Part shown: piece by piece, positions 43,503-51,820 of the stretch
Layout of the letters: every line of letters starts with the position of its first letter
Position numbering within the stretch: position 1 is the first letter of the stretch
DNA from: an uncultured Desulfarculaceae bacterium
Lineage (GTDB): Bacteria > Desulfobacterota > Desulfarculia > Desulfarculales > Desulfarculaceae
Assembly (NCBI GenBank): GCA_964620595.1
Contig: CAZUHP010000004.1
Location: 3,768 to 67,767 of the forward strand
Length of the DNA: 64,000 nucleotides
Direction: 5' to 3'
Program-made: the position numbers and the translations under genes
The notes under the pieces: model-generated
What the model was told of the DNA's origin: nothing
Database searches by the model: none
Seen by the model: the letters and a program-made list of their open reading frames with translations, nothing else

Positions 43503-44810
43503 ATGGCTATCCAAGCAATGGCGGCACCGGCGCGTTCCCGCGCCATGCGTAATGTCCGCCTGGCCGGTATTTGGCTATTGAGTCTATGCCTGCTTTGGAG
43601 TGGCATGCTGGGCACGGCCGCCGCCGCCGGCCTCAGCGTGAGCAGGTACACCCTCAAATCCGTGGCCGTGGATGGAGACGGGCGCGGCATCAGCGCCATC
43701 GACCTGCGCCTCAAGGACAACCTGGCCCACATCTCCTATTACGACGCGGCCCAGGACCAGGGCGGCTACTTCTTCCCCCAGGGCGACTTTTGGACCTCCT
43801 ACACCCTCTCCCAGCTCGCGGGCCAGCTCGATTCGTCCTTGCCGGTGTCGGTCACCAGCCGCAGCAAGGCGAACGGGGGCGTGGAGGTGAACTTTTCGGG
43901 CGTTTCCGCGGACCGGGGCGAGGTACGGGGCTGCACCCTCAGCGCCGATCCCAACCCCGCGGCATCTTCCCTGCCCGGCTCGCCCGCGGTTGCCGGGGGC
44001 TGCGAATATGAGGGCCCTCTCACGCCCTTTGACTTCATGCACTTCCTGATAACGCTCCTGGCGGGGAAGTACCTCAACTGGGAGGACTCCTGGGCCATAC
44101 GGGGGATGTATACCCAGAGCGCCCTGGACGTAGCCTACACCCTGAAAGACGAGCTGCGCTTCGGCATATCCGTGGGCGGCCAATCGCCGGTCATGACGGC
44201 GCTCTCGGCCGTGCTGGGGGTGTTGGGCCTGTTCATGGCCAGTGACCAGGGGAGCACCACCAGCAGCAAGGTCCAGGCCAGCGCCGCCACCCCGGAGGTG
44301 AGCCTGCTCTACGCCAAGCCCGGCACCTTGATGACCGCCTCGCTGGTGAACGACAGGTGGACCCATTCCACCGTGGCCTCGGAGGTGGACACCGACCATG
44401 TCTCGGCCTGGTTCCTCACCTACCGGGGCTCCAGCATGGCGGTCACCGCCACGGTCAACGGCGTGCTCAGCGCCTACCTGCCAAGCCAAGCCACCGCCGG
44501 CGGCCCCCTCGCCTCTGCGGAGCAGACCTGGCGGCAGGTGGAGGTCGCCGCGGAAGTGGACGGAAAGCACGCGGCCACCCTGGACAGCAGCGGCCGGCTG
44601 CTGGTGGCCTACCGCGACGCGGACCTGGGCAAGTTGATGCTGGCCATCTGGGACGGCCAGGGGTGGCAGCACCTCCAGATCTGGAACATCGGCGAGCTGC
44701 GGGATTGCCGGGTGCAGGTGGACGGCAATGGCCAAGTGCGGGTCTTGACCGTGGAACGGGCTGATTCCCAGGACCAGCTCCGGCACTACCTGGTCACCCT
44801 GCCCTCCTAG
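43503..44810 (+). CDS. hypothetical exported protein
   Basis: 435 aa with a strong RBS (AAGGAGG) and a signal-like N-terminus. I recognise no family. Confidence 0.6.
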   Translation: MAIQAMAAPARSRAMRNVRLAGIWLLSLCLLWSGMLGTAAAAGLSVSRYTLKSVAVDGDGRGISAIDLRLKDNLAHISYYDAAQDQGGYFFPQGDFWTSYTLSQLAGQLDSSLPVSVTSRSKANGGVEVNFSGVSADRGEVRGCTLSADPNPAASSLPGSPAVAGGCEYEGPLTPFDFMHFLITLLAGKYLNWEDSWAIRGMYTQSALDVAYTLKDELRFGISVGGQSPVMTALSAVLGVLGLFMASDQGSTTSSKVQASAATPEVSLLYAKPGTLMTASLVNDRWTHSTVASEVDTDHVSAWFLTYRGSSMAVTATVNGVLSAYLPSQATAGGPLASAEQTWRQVEVAAEVDGKHAATLDSSGRLLVAYRDADLGKLMLAIWDGQGWQHLQIWNIGELRDCRVQVDGNGQVRVLTVERADSQDQLRHYLVTLPS

Positions 44811-44905
44811 GCCGACGGGGGGCGACGGGGGGCGACGGGGGGGGCGGGGGGGCGGGCGACGGGGGCGGCAGCGGACGGGAGCGGGGCCAGCGGGGCTGGC
44901 CCTCT
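44811..44905. repeat. poly-G/CGAC array, intergenic, starting at the first nt after the stop of the hypothetical gene
   Basis: GCCGACGGGGGGCGACGGGGGGCGACGGGGGGGGCGGGGGGGCGGGCGACGGGGGCGG, followed by weaker G-runs. Confidence 0.9.
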
Positions 44906-45172
44906 CCCGCCCCCAGCGGCCTGTGGCACCCATGCCCGGGGCTCTGGGTTGTTCATTCCGGGATTTGGGCGGGCATCCGGTGTTATATTGAGGTTATGCA
45001 TGACCCTGCCATGGCGATATAGGGCAGAGTCTTGCCCCGCCCGGGACAAGGTGCGGTTTATGTGGGGATGACCGTGCCATAAAGGGTAAAATGGCCCTGC
45101 GGTCCATTCTGCCCGCAGGGTTCGTGGAGTGGGCAGGGACTCTATTTCCCCGTTGTCAAGCCAGGAGCCAGC

Positions 45173-45886
45173 ATGCCCCGCAAAGACAGCCAAGCATCCA
45201 AACCGCCCCCGGGACTTCGCATGAAGGCGCTCATGGAGGCCACCGGCCTGCCCAAGTCCACCCTGCTCTTCTATGTGGAGCAGGGCCTGCTGCCCCCTCC
45301 CGTGAAGACCAGCCCCAACATGGCCTTCTACTCGCCCGAGTGCGTGGAGCGCGCCGCCCTGATCCGCGAGCTGCAGTCCAAGCACAACCTGCCCCTGGCC
45401 AAGATCAAGGCCATCCTGGACGCCCGGGACCGGGGCGAGGACATCGCGCCCCTGGTGGCCTTGAGCCAAGCCGTGCTCGGCGAGCGCAAGGAGCCGCTCC
45501 TCAGCCGGGAGGAACTCTGCCGCAAGAGCGGCCTCACCCCCCAACAGGTGGCTGAGCTGGAAAAGCTCCAGCTCCTGCTGCCCCTCACGGACCAGGGCTA
45601 TGACGCCCAGGACCTGAGCCTGGCCCGCATACTGGCCAAGGCCAAATCCGAGGGAATCGAGCCCTCGGACCTGGCCTTTTATCCCCGGCTGGGCAAGAAG
45701 CTGGTGGACGAGGAGTTCAAGCTGCGCCACCGCCTGACCCATGACATGCCTCCGGACAAGGACGCGGCCCGCACCCTGGAGATGGTGCAGCGGGCTCGGG
45801 CCATGCGTAGCTATGTGATCGACCGCATATTCCAGCGCCGGGTGATAACGGCCAAGGGCATCAAGGACCCGGGATTGTTGAAATGA
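45173..45886 (+). CDS. MerR-family regulator with two MerR-like HTH segments
   Basis: 237 aa. The first HTH is LRMKALMEATGLPKSTLLFYVEQGLL. A second similar segment reads LSREELCRKSGLTPQQVAELEKLQLL. Confidence 0.8.
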   Translation: MPRKDSQASKPPPGLRMKALMEATGLPKSTLLFYVEQGLLPPPVKTSPNMAFYSPECVERAALIRELQSKHNLPLAKIKAILDARDRGEDIAPLVALSQAVLGERKEPLLSREELCRKSGLTPQQVAELEKLQLLLPLTDQGYDAQDLSLARILAKAKSEGIEPSDLAFYPRLGKKLVDEEFKLRHRLTHDMPPDKDAARTLEMVQRARAMRSYVIDRIFQRRVITAKGIKDPGLLK

Positions 45887-46842
45887 ACCGTATCTTGCGA
45901 CTGGTGCCCTCGGTGGCGGCGGCGGCTATCATCACCATAGGGGAGGTCTGGGACTTCGCGCCAGAGGTCTTGCGGCCCTGGAGCCTGGGCCTGGCGCTGC
46001 TGGCGGTCGGGGCCCTGCTCCTGGCCCGCCGGCGGGGAGGGGCCCCGGCCCTGGACTGGGCCCTGGCCGGGTACCCGGCCCTGGTGGCGGCGGGCTTTTG
46101 GTTGTGGCCCGGGGGACTGGGCGCCCTGTTGACCGCCGTTCCGGTGGCAGCCCTGTACGCGCTTCTCCTGCTCGCCGCCGCCCTGCCCCCGCTGGTGGGC
46201 CGCGAGCCCTTCACCGCTTTCTACGCCCGCAAGACCGCCCCGCCCGAGGTCTGGCACACCGCGGTGTTCCGCCGCATCAACCGCAACATGACCTGGGCCT
46301 GGGCCGGCCTGTTCGCGGCCTGCCTCCTGCTCAGCCTGACCCCCCTCCTGCTGGGCCTGGACTCGCTCGGCGCCCAACTGGTCTTCCAGCTCGGGCTGCC
46401 GGCCACGCTCCTGATCTGCGTGGGTCCGCCCTTCAACAAATGGTACCCCGGCCACTACCAGCGCAAGCTGGGCCTGGAGCGGGGCCAAGGTCCCCAGGCG
46501 GCCCGCGACTGCCGCGAGCTGCTGGAGATGATGCCCCTGGGCTTCAACCCCCGGGCCGCCGGCGACCTGAAGGCGGTGATGGAGTTCCAGGTGGACGGCG
46601 GCCCGGAGGCGGGCGGTTTCAGCGCCCATCTCATCATCGGGGAGGGCAAGTGCGAATATGCGGAGGGGCCGGCGGAAGAGCCCGACCTGGTCATCCTGAC
46701 GCCGGGCGAGGTGTGGCTGGCCATAGCCAGGGGCGAGCTGGACGGCCGCCAGGCGCTCATGGACGGCCGCTACCAGGCCCGGGGCGAGTTGTCGCTGCTG
46801 TTGAGAATGGACAGTCTTTTCAATCAAGGAGACGAATCATGA
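45883..46842 (+). CDS. membrane protein with C-terminal SCP2 sterol/lipid-carrier domain
   Basis: 319 aa with an ATGA overlap to the upstream gene. The N-terminal half has about 5 hydrophobic segments. The C-terminus is SCP2-like (LKAVMEFQVDG...GELDGRQALMDGRYQARGELSLLLRM). Confidence 0.7.
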   Translation: MNRILRLVPSVAAAAIITIGEVWDFAPEVLRPWSLGLALLAVGALLLARRRGGAPALDWALAGYPALVAAGFWLWPGGLGALLTAVPVAALYALLLLAAALPPLVGREPFTAFYARKTAPPEVWHTAVFRRINRNMTWAWAGLFAACLLLSLTPLLLGLDSLGAQLVFQLGLPATLLICVGPPFNKWYPGHYQRKLGLERGQGPQAARDCRELLEMMPLGFNPRAAGDLKAVMEFQVDGGPEAGGFSAHLIIGEGKCEYAEGPAEEPDLVILTPGEVWLAIARGELDGRQALMDGRYQARGELSLLLRMDSLFNQGDES

Positions 46843-47909
46843 AGGTAATGGCCATCAACTCCAGCCCCCGGACGGGCAGCGGCCAGAGCAAAACCGAACT
46901 CATGCTGGACAGCCTGGTGGAGGGCATGCGCGCCGCCGGGGCCCAGGTGGAGGTGGTCAACCTGCATGAAAAAAAGGTGCGTTTCTGCCAGGGCTGCTTC
47001 ACCTGCTGGACCAAGACCCCGGGCCAGTGCGTGCTCAAGGACGACATGAGCCAGGAACTGTTTCCCCTTTGGCTGGACTCGGACCTGGCGGTCTACGCCA
47101 CCCCCCTGTACCACTTCACCGTCAACGCCCACCTCAAGGCCTTCATCGAGCGCACCTTGCCGGCGGTGGAGCCCTTTTTCCGCCGCTCGGAGCAGGGCGA
47201 GACCTACCACCCCCTGCGCCACCAACTGCCCGGGGCGGTGATGTTGTCGGTGGCCGGCTTCCCCGAGATGCAGGTGTTCGACCAGCTCTCCCAGTGGGCG
47301 CGCTTCATCTTCCGCGAGGGGCTGCTGGCCGAGATATACCGGCCCGGCGCCGAGTTACTGGACGGCCCCTTGGGGCGGGAGGTGAAGGACAAGGTGCTGG
47401 CCGCCACCTGCCAGGCCGGCCGCGAGCTGGTGGAAACGGGCAGGGTCTCGCCCGAGACCCTGGCCGCCCTGGGCCAACCGACAGGTGATTCCCAGCAAGC
47501 GGGCCTGGTGGCCAACATGTTCTGGCGCACCTGCATCAACGAGGGGGTGACCCCCCGGGAGTTCAGCAAGCAGGGCCTCATGCCGCGGCCGGAGAGCATA
47601 GAGGAGTTCCTGCTCCTCATGCCCCTGGGCTTCAAACCCGAGGCGGCCGGCGAACTCGAGGCCACCATCCAGTTCGACTTCACGGGCCAGGCCGAGGGTT
47701 CCTGCCACCTGAGCATCGCCGGCGGCAAGGCGACCGCCGCCCAGGGCCCGGCCCCAGCACCCGACCTCACCATCGAGGTGCCTTTCGAGCTATGGCTGGA
47801 CATCAGCGCGGGCAAGGCGGATGCCCAGGAGGCCTTCATGCAGGGCCAGGCCAAGGCCGGGGGCGACTTGGGGCTCCTGCTGCGCCTGGGAGAGCTTTTC
47901 GGCGGCTAG
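46839..47909 (+). CDS. flavodoxin-like/iron-sulfur flavoprotein fused to SCP2 domain
   Basis: ATG at 46839 (ATGA overlap). It reads MKVMAINSSPR..., has the compact Cys motif FCQGCFTCWTKTPGQC, and a C-terminal SCP2-like segment (LEATIQFDF...GKADAQEAFMQGQAKAGGDLGLLLRL). Confidence 0.8.
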   Translation: MKVMAINSSPRTGSGQSKTELMLDSLVEGMRAAGAQVEVVNLHEKKVRFCQGCFTCWTKTPGQCVLKDDMSQELFPLWLDSDLAVYATPLYHFTVNAHLKAFIERTLPAVEPFFRRSEQGETYHPLRHQLPGAVMLSVAGFPEMQVFDQLSQWARFIFREGLLAEIYRPGAELLDGPLGREVKDKVLAATCQAGRELVETGRVSPETLAALGQPTGDSQQAGLVANMFWRTCINEGVTPREFSKQGLMPRPESIEEFLLLMPLGFKPEAAGELEATIQFDFTGQAEGSCHLSIAGGKATAAQGPAPAPDLTIEVPFELWLDISAGKADAQEAFMQGQAKAGGDLGLLLRLGELFGG

Positions 47910-47986
47910 CGCCCCCGCCCCCCGTCGCGCCCCCCGTCGCGCCCCCCGCCCCCCCCGTCGCCCCCCCGCCCCCCCGTCGCGCGCGC
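47910..47986. repeat. poly-C/GTCGCG array, intergenic, starting at the first nt after the flavoprotein-SCP2 stop
   Basis: GCGCCCCCGCCCCCCGTCGCGCCCCCCGTCGCGCCCCCCGCCCCCCCCGTCGCCCCCCCGCCCCCCCGTCGCGCGCGC. This is the reverse complement of the 44811 array type. Confidence 0.9.
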
Positions 47987-48002
47987 TGAACCTGCCAAGC
48001 AA

Positions 48003-48038
48003 CCCCCAAGATGACGCGCCCAGGCGTCGTCTTGGGGG
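48003..48038 (+). terminator. long stem-loop downstream of the flavoprotein-SCP2 gene
   Basis: CCCCCAAGATGACGC / GCGTCGTCTTGGGGG forms a 15-bp stem (one G-U pair) with a 6-nt loop. There is no clear U-tract. Confidence 0.4.
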
Positions 48039-48279
48039 ATCAATATCCAGGCCATATGGTTTTTTCGGCCCACCCATATTTTGGGTTGGCAGGACGGCTT
48101 TACCTGAATATAATTAGCCGGATTTTGCATCGGCTTGATTCTATAAAAAGTCGATATATCGGTAAGTTATATCACATAACCCCCGGCCGTTTTGGTTTGT
48201 GGTCGTTTTTTATAAGCCACACTAATAAACAGGCCAAAGCTTCAAAATCGGCCGGCCGCAGCCAAGGAAGGAGACCCCT

Positions 48280-49506
48280 ATGGCACCTGCCATCAACACC
48301 GGCGATACCGCCTGGATATTGGTTTGCTGCTCCCTGGTGCTCATGATGACACCCGGGCTGGCCTTTTTCTACGGCGGCATGGTCCGCAAGAAAAACATCC
48401 TCTCCACCCTGACCCTGAGCTACATCTTCATGGCGCTCATCGGGGTCCAGTGGCTGCTGTACGGCTACTCGCTCTCCTTTGGCCCGGACATCGGCGGCAT
48501 CATCGGCGGGCTGAAGTTCGTGGGCTTCGCCGGGGTGGGCCTGGCTCCTAGCCCGGACTACGCCCCCACCATCCCCCACGAGGTCTTCGCCTCCTTCCAG
48601 ATGATGTTCGCGGTCATCACCCCGGCGCTCATCACCGGCGCCTTTGTGGAGCGGGTGCGTTTCAAGACCTTTCTCCTGTTCTCCCTGCTCTGGGCCACCC
48701 TGATCTACGACCCCCTGTGCCACTGGGTGTGGGGGGTGGGCGGCTGGCTGCGCCAGTTGGGGGTGCTGGATTTCGCCGGCGGCACCGTGGTGCACGTGGC
48801 CGCGGGCTTCAGCGCCCTGGCCTTCGCCCTGGCCATCGGCCCCCGCCGCGGCTTTCCCAAGGCACCCATGGAGCCCCACAACATCCCCTTCACCGTGCTG
48901 GGCACCGGGCTGTTGTGGGTGGGCTGGTTCGGGTTCAACGCGGGCAGCGCCCTGGCCGCCAACGGGGTGGCCGGCAACGCGCTGCTGACCACCAACACCT
49001 CGGCCGCGGCCGCGGGCCTGGTCTGGACCCTGCTCTCCTGGCTGGACGGCCGGCCCAGCACCCTGGGCCTGGCCACCGGCATGGTAGTGGGTCTGGCCGC
49101 GGTCACCCCGGCCTCGGGCTTCGTGACCCCCATGGCCGCCCTGGTCATCGGCGCGGTGGCCGCGCCCATCTCCTACTACGCCATCCGCTTCCGCCAGAAG
49201 CGCGACCTGGACGAGTCCCTGGACGTGTGGGCCTGCCACGGCCTGGCCAGCACCTGGGGCATGCTGGCCACCGGCCTGTTCGCCACCACCGCGGTCAACC
49301 CCGCCGGTGCCGATGGGCTCTTCTACGGCAACCCCGGCCAGTTCCCCATCCAGGTGCTGGGAACCGTGGTCACCATGGTCTTCGCCTTTGGGGTGACCTT
49401 CATCCTGGCCAAGCTCCTGGATTGGAGCATCGGCCTGCGGGTCAGCCGCCAGGAGGAGGAAGTCGGGCTTGACATCTCCTCCCACGGCGAAAGAGCCTAT
49501 TCCTAA
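48280..49506 (+). CDS. amtB: ammonium transporter
   Basis: 408 aa with DTAWILVCCSLVLMMTPGLAFFYGGMVR, FAGGTVVH and the conserved His contexts of Amt. Confidence 0.95.
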   Translation: MAPAINTGDTAWILVCCSLVLMMTPGLAFFYGGMVRKKNILSTLTLSYIFMALIGVQWLLYGYSLSFGPDIGGIIGGLKFVGFAGVGLAPSPDYAPTIPHEVFASFQMMFAVITPALITGAFVERVRFKTFLLFSLLWATLIYDPLCHWVWGVGGWLRQLGVLDFAGGTVVHVAAGFSALAFALAIGPRRGFPKAPMEPHNIPFTVLGTGLLWVGWFGFNAGSALAANGVAGNALLTTNTSAAAAGLVWTLLSWLDGRPSTLGLATGMVVGLAAVTPASGFVTPMAALVIGAVAAPISYYAIRFRQKRDLDESLDVWACHGLASTWGMLATGLFATTAVNPAGADGLFYGNPGQFPIQVLGTVVTMVFAFGVTFILAKLLDWSIGLRVSRQEEEVGLDISSHGERAYS

Positions 49507-49520
49507 AGGAAGGAGCAGCC

Positions 49521-49913
49521 ATGCTGAAGAAGATAGAAGCCATCATCCGCGAAGAAAAGCTGGGCGACGTCAAGGACGCCCTGACCGAGATCGGCATCAA
49601 GGGCCTCAACGTGGTGGAGGTGCGGGGCCGGGGCCGCCAGGGCGGCATAACCCTGTCCGGGCGCTCGGGCTCCTACCAGGTGGACCTCCTCACCAAGATC
49701 CAGCTCAACATCGTGCTCAGCGAGGACAACCTCACCGAGGTCATCAACACCATCGTCAAGGCGGCCGGCACCGGCCAGGCCGGCGACGGGCTCATCTTCG
49801 TCTACCCGGTGGAGGAGGTGGTGCGCATCCGCACCGGCGAGCGCGGCCACGAGGCGGTCATGTACCCCGGCGACATCGACGAGAAAAAAGGCAAGGCGCG
49901 CGAGACCGACTAG
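49521..49913 (+). CDS. glnK: P-II nitrogen regulatory protein (GlnK-like, C-terminally extended)
   Basis: 130 aa starting MLKKIEAIIREEKLGDVKDAL. It has a T-loop with a Tyr at the position equivalent to Y51 and starts 14 nt downstream of amtB. Confidence 0.9.
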   Translation: MLKKIEAIIREEKLGDVKDALTEIGIKGLNVVEVRGRGRQGGITLSGRSGSYQVDLLTKIQLNIVLSEDNLTEVINTIVKAAGTGQAGDGLIFVYPVEEVVRIRTGERGHEAVMYPGDIDEKKGKARETD

Positions 49914-49936
49914 GCCGGTCCCCTGCCCGCAAGCCA

Positions 49937-49967
49937 GGGCCGCTCCCCCTGCCCGGGGGAGCGGCCC
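49937..49967 (+). terminator. stem-loop after glnK
   Basis: GGGCCGCTCCCCC / GGGGGAGCGGCCC forms a 13-bp perfect stem with a 5-nt loop, followed by TGTATCGTT. Confidence 0.6.
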
Positions 49968-50023
49968 TGTATCGTTACGGTGAGCGCCGCCCGCGCGGCG
50001 GCTTCAGCCAGCCCGAAGCGGCC

Positions 50024-51562
50024 CTAGGATTGCCTGGCCACCGCGGGCTGGGGCAGGCTTCCGGCCCGCAAGAAGCGCCGGGTGACCATGCGCAGGTGAT
50101 AGCCGTTGGCGGCCAGGCCCAGGGCCAGGGGTATCTTGGCGGGCCGGGTGAAGCCCACCCGGGCCAGGAAGGCCCAGTAGTTCAGGCGGCCCCGCTCCAG
50201 CACCCCCAGGCGCCAGAATATCTTGGCCCCGGCCACGAGATCCTGCCAAGAGAGACGGGCCTTATGGGCGCCGTCCTGCTTCAGGGCCCGCCTGCTGCGG
50301 CGCAAGAACGACAGGACCCGCCGGTAGTAGGCCCGGGGTTCGTAGAGCCGGCTCAACACGTACTTGTAGCCCTCGATCAGGGTGGCCGCGTCCATCTTGG
50401 GGATGAAGTTCAGGGCGCGGGCGTCCATGGCGTTGTCGCCCGAAGGCAGGCCCAGGATGCGGTTCTGGTTGGCCATGCGCTCGTAGAGGCGGGTGCCGGG
50501 CATCAGGGAGAGCAGGCCCACCATGGCCACCGGTATGGCGGCCTGGTCTATGAAGCGCACCTGGTCCTGGAAGATGGACGGCGGGTCCGCGTCAAACCCC
50601 ACGATGAAGCCGGCCATGACCTGGATACCGTAGCTCTGGATGGTGCGCACCGTGGCCAAGAGGTCGCGCCCCTGGTTCTGGCGCTTGTTGCATTCGCGCA
50701 GGGAGGAGTCGGAAGGCGTCTCCAGGCCCAGGAACACCTCGGTGAACCCCGCCTTCACCATGAGGGAGAGCAACTCCGCGTCGTCGGCCAGGTTCACGCT
50801 GGCCTGGGTGAGGAATACGAAGGGGGAGCGCCGCTCCTTCTGCCACTGGACGATGCGCCTCAAAAGCTCCTTGGCCCGGCGGATATTGCCGATGTAGTTG
50901 TCGTCCACCATCATCACCGTGCCCCGCCAGCCCTTGGCATAAAGGCTGTCCAGCTCGGTGAGCACCTGGTCCGGGGTCTTGAAGCGCATCCTGCGGCCGA
51001 ACAGGGACACCACGTCGCAGAAGTCGCAGTCAAAGGGGCAGCCGCGGGAAAACTGCACGCACATGCTCTGGTAGTCGGCCAGGTTGATCAGGCTCCAGTC
51101 CGGCACCGGCGTGCGCTCCAGGCTGGGATGGCCCGTGGCCTTGTACAGGCGCCGGGCGCGGCCCGCGGCCAGGTCGGCCAGGAACTCCGGCAACAGGTCC
51201 TCGGCCTCGCCGGCGATCACGTGGTCCACGCCCTCGAACTCGTGATGCAGGTGGGTGAACAGGGGCCCGCCGGCCACCACCCGGCAGCCCAGGGCCCGGC
51301 AGCGCTCCAGCACCTCTTCGGTCGAGTCCCGCTGCACCACCATGGCGCTGACGAACACCAGGTCGGCCCAGGCCAAATCGGAATCCTCCAGGGATTCCAC
51401 GTTCAAGTCTTTCACCCTTTTTTCCCAAGTCGATGGCAGCATGGCCGCCACGGTGAGCAGTCCCAGGGGGGGAAAGGCGGCCTTGCTGCGTACAAAGCGC
51501 AGGGCGTATTTCATGCTCCAAAATGTTACTGGATAACTAGGATAAACCAAGAGAGCCCGCAT
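50024..51562 (-). CDS. B12-binding-domain radical SAM protein (DUF4070-type C-terminus)
   Basis: 512 aa with a B12-binding-like N-terminus (LGLLTVAAML...VFVSAMVVQ) and a CxxxCxxC motif (GCPFDCDFCD). Confidence 0.9.
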   Translation of the reverse strand: MRALLVYPSYPVTFWSMKYALRFVRSKAAFPPLGLLTVAAMLPSTWEKRVKDLNVESLEDSDLAWADLVFVSAMVVQRDSTEEVLERCRALGCRVVAGGPLFTHLHHEFEGVDHVIAGEAEDLLPEFLADLAAGRARRLYKATGHPSLERTPVPDWSLINLADYQSMCVQFSRGCPFDCDFCDVVSLFGRRMRFKTPDQVLTELDSLYAKGWRGTVMMVDDNYIGNIRRAKELLRRIVQWQKERRSPFVFLTQASVNLADDAELLSLMVKAGFTEVFLGLETPSDSSLRECNKRQNQGRDLLATVRTIQSYGIQVMAGFIVGFDADPPSIFQDQVRFIDQAAIPVAMVGLLSLMPGTRLYERMANQNRILGLPSGDNAMDARALNFIPKMDAATLIEGYKYVLSRLYEPRAYYRRVLSFLRRSRRALKQDGAHKARLSWQDLVAGAKIFWRLGVLERGRLNYWAFLARVGFTRPAKIPLALGLAANGYHLRMVTRRFLRAGSLPQPAVARQS

Positions 51563-51820
51563 GGAGCCACCTCCAAATAGAGAGTAAGGATGCTACGTGC
51601 GCAGAGGGGAAAACTAGTACCGTGACATGCGCCGAGGCCCGCTACAAAGGATTGGCCAAGATGCTGGCAAATACCTCGGGCCAACTTATTTAGTTTAAGT
51701 ATACCACCACCTCCCGCAGCGGGGAGCGGCTTCTTGCCCGGCGGGGAAAAGAGGCGTTCCCAAAGCAGCAGGCGGGGGCCGCTGCCGGCTGTCCGAGTAC
51801 TCTACCAAAAAGGCGGTTCG

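Noticed and set aside
49521-49913. The P-II protein as an atypical (NifI-like or non-canonical) variant because of its unusual T-loop sequence and 18-aa C-terminal extension.
   Set aside because: The Tyr equivalent to Y51 and the flanking B- and T-loop framework align with GlnK. Its position 14 nt after amtB is the canonical GlnK context. The extension alone is not enough to claim novelty.
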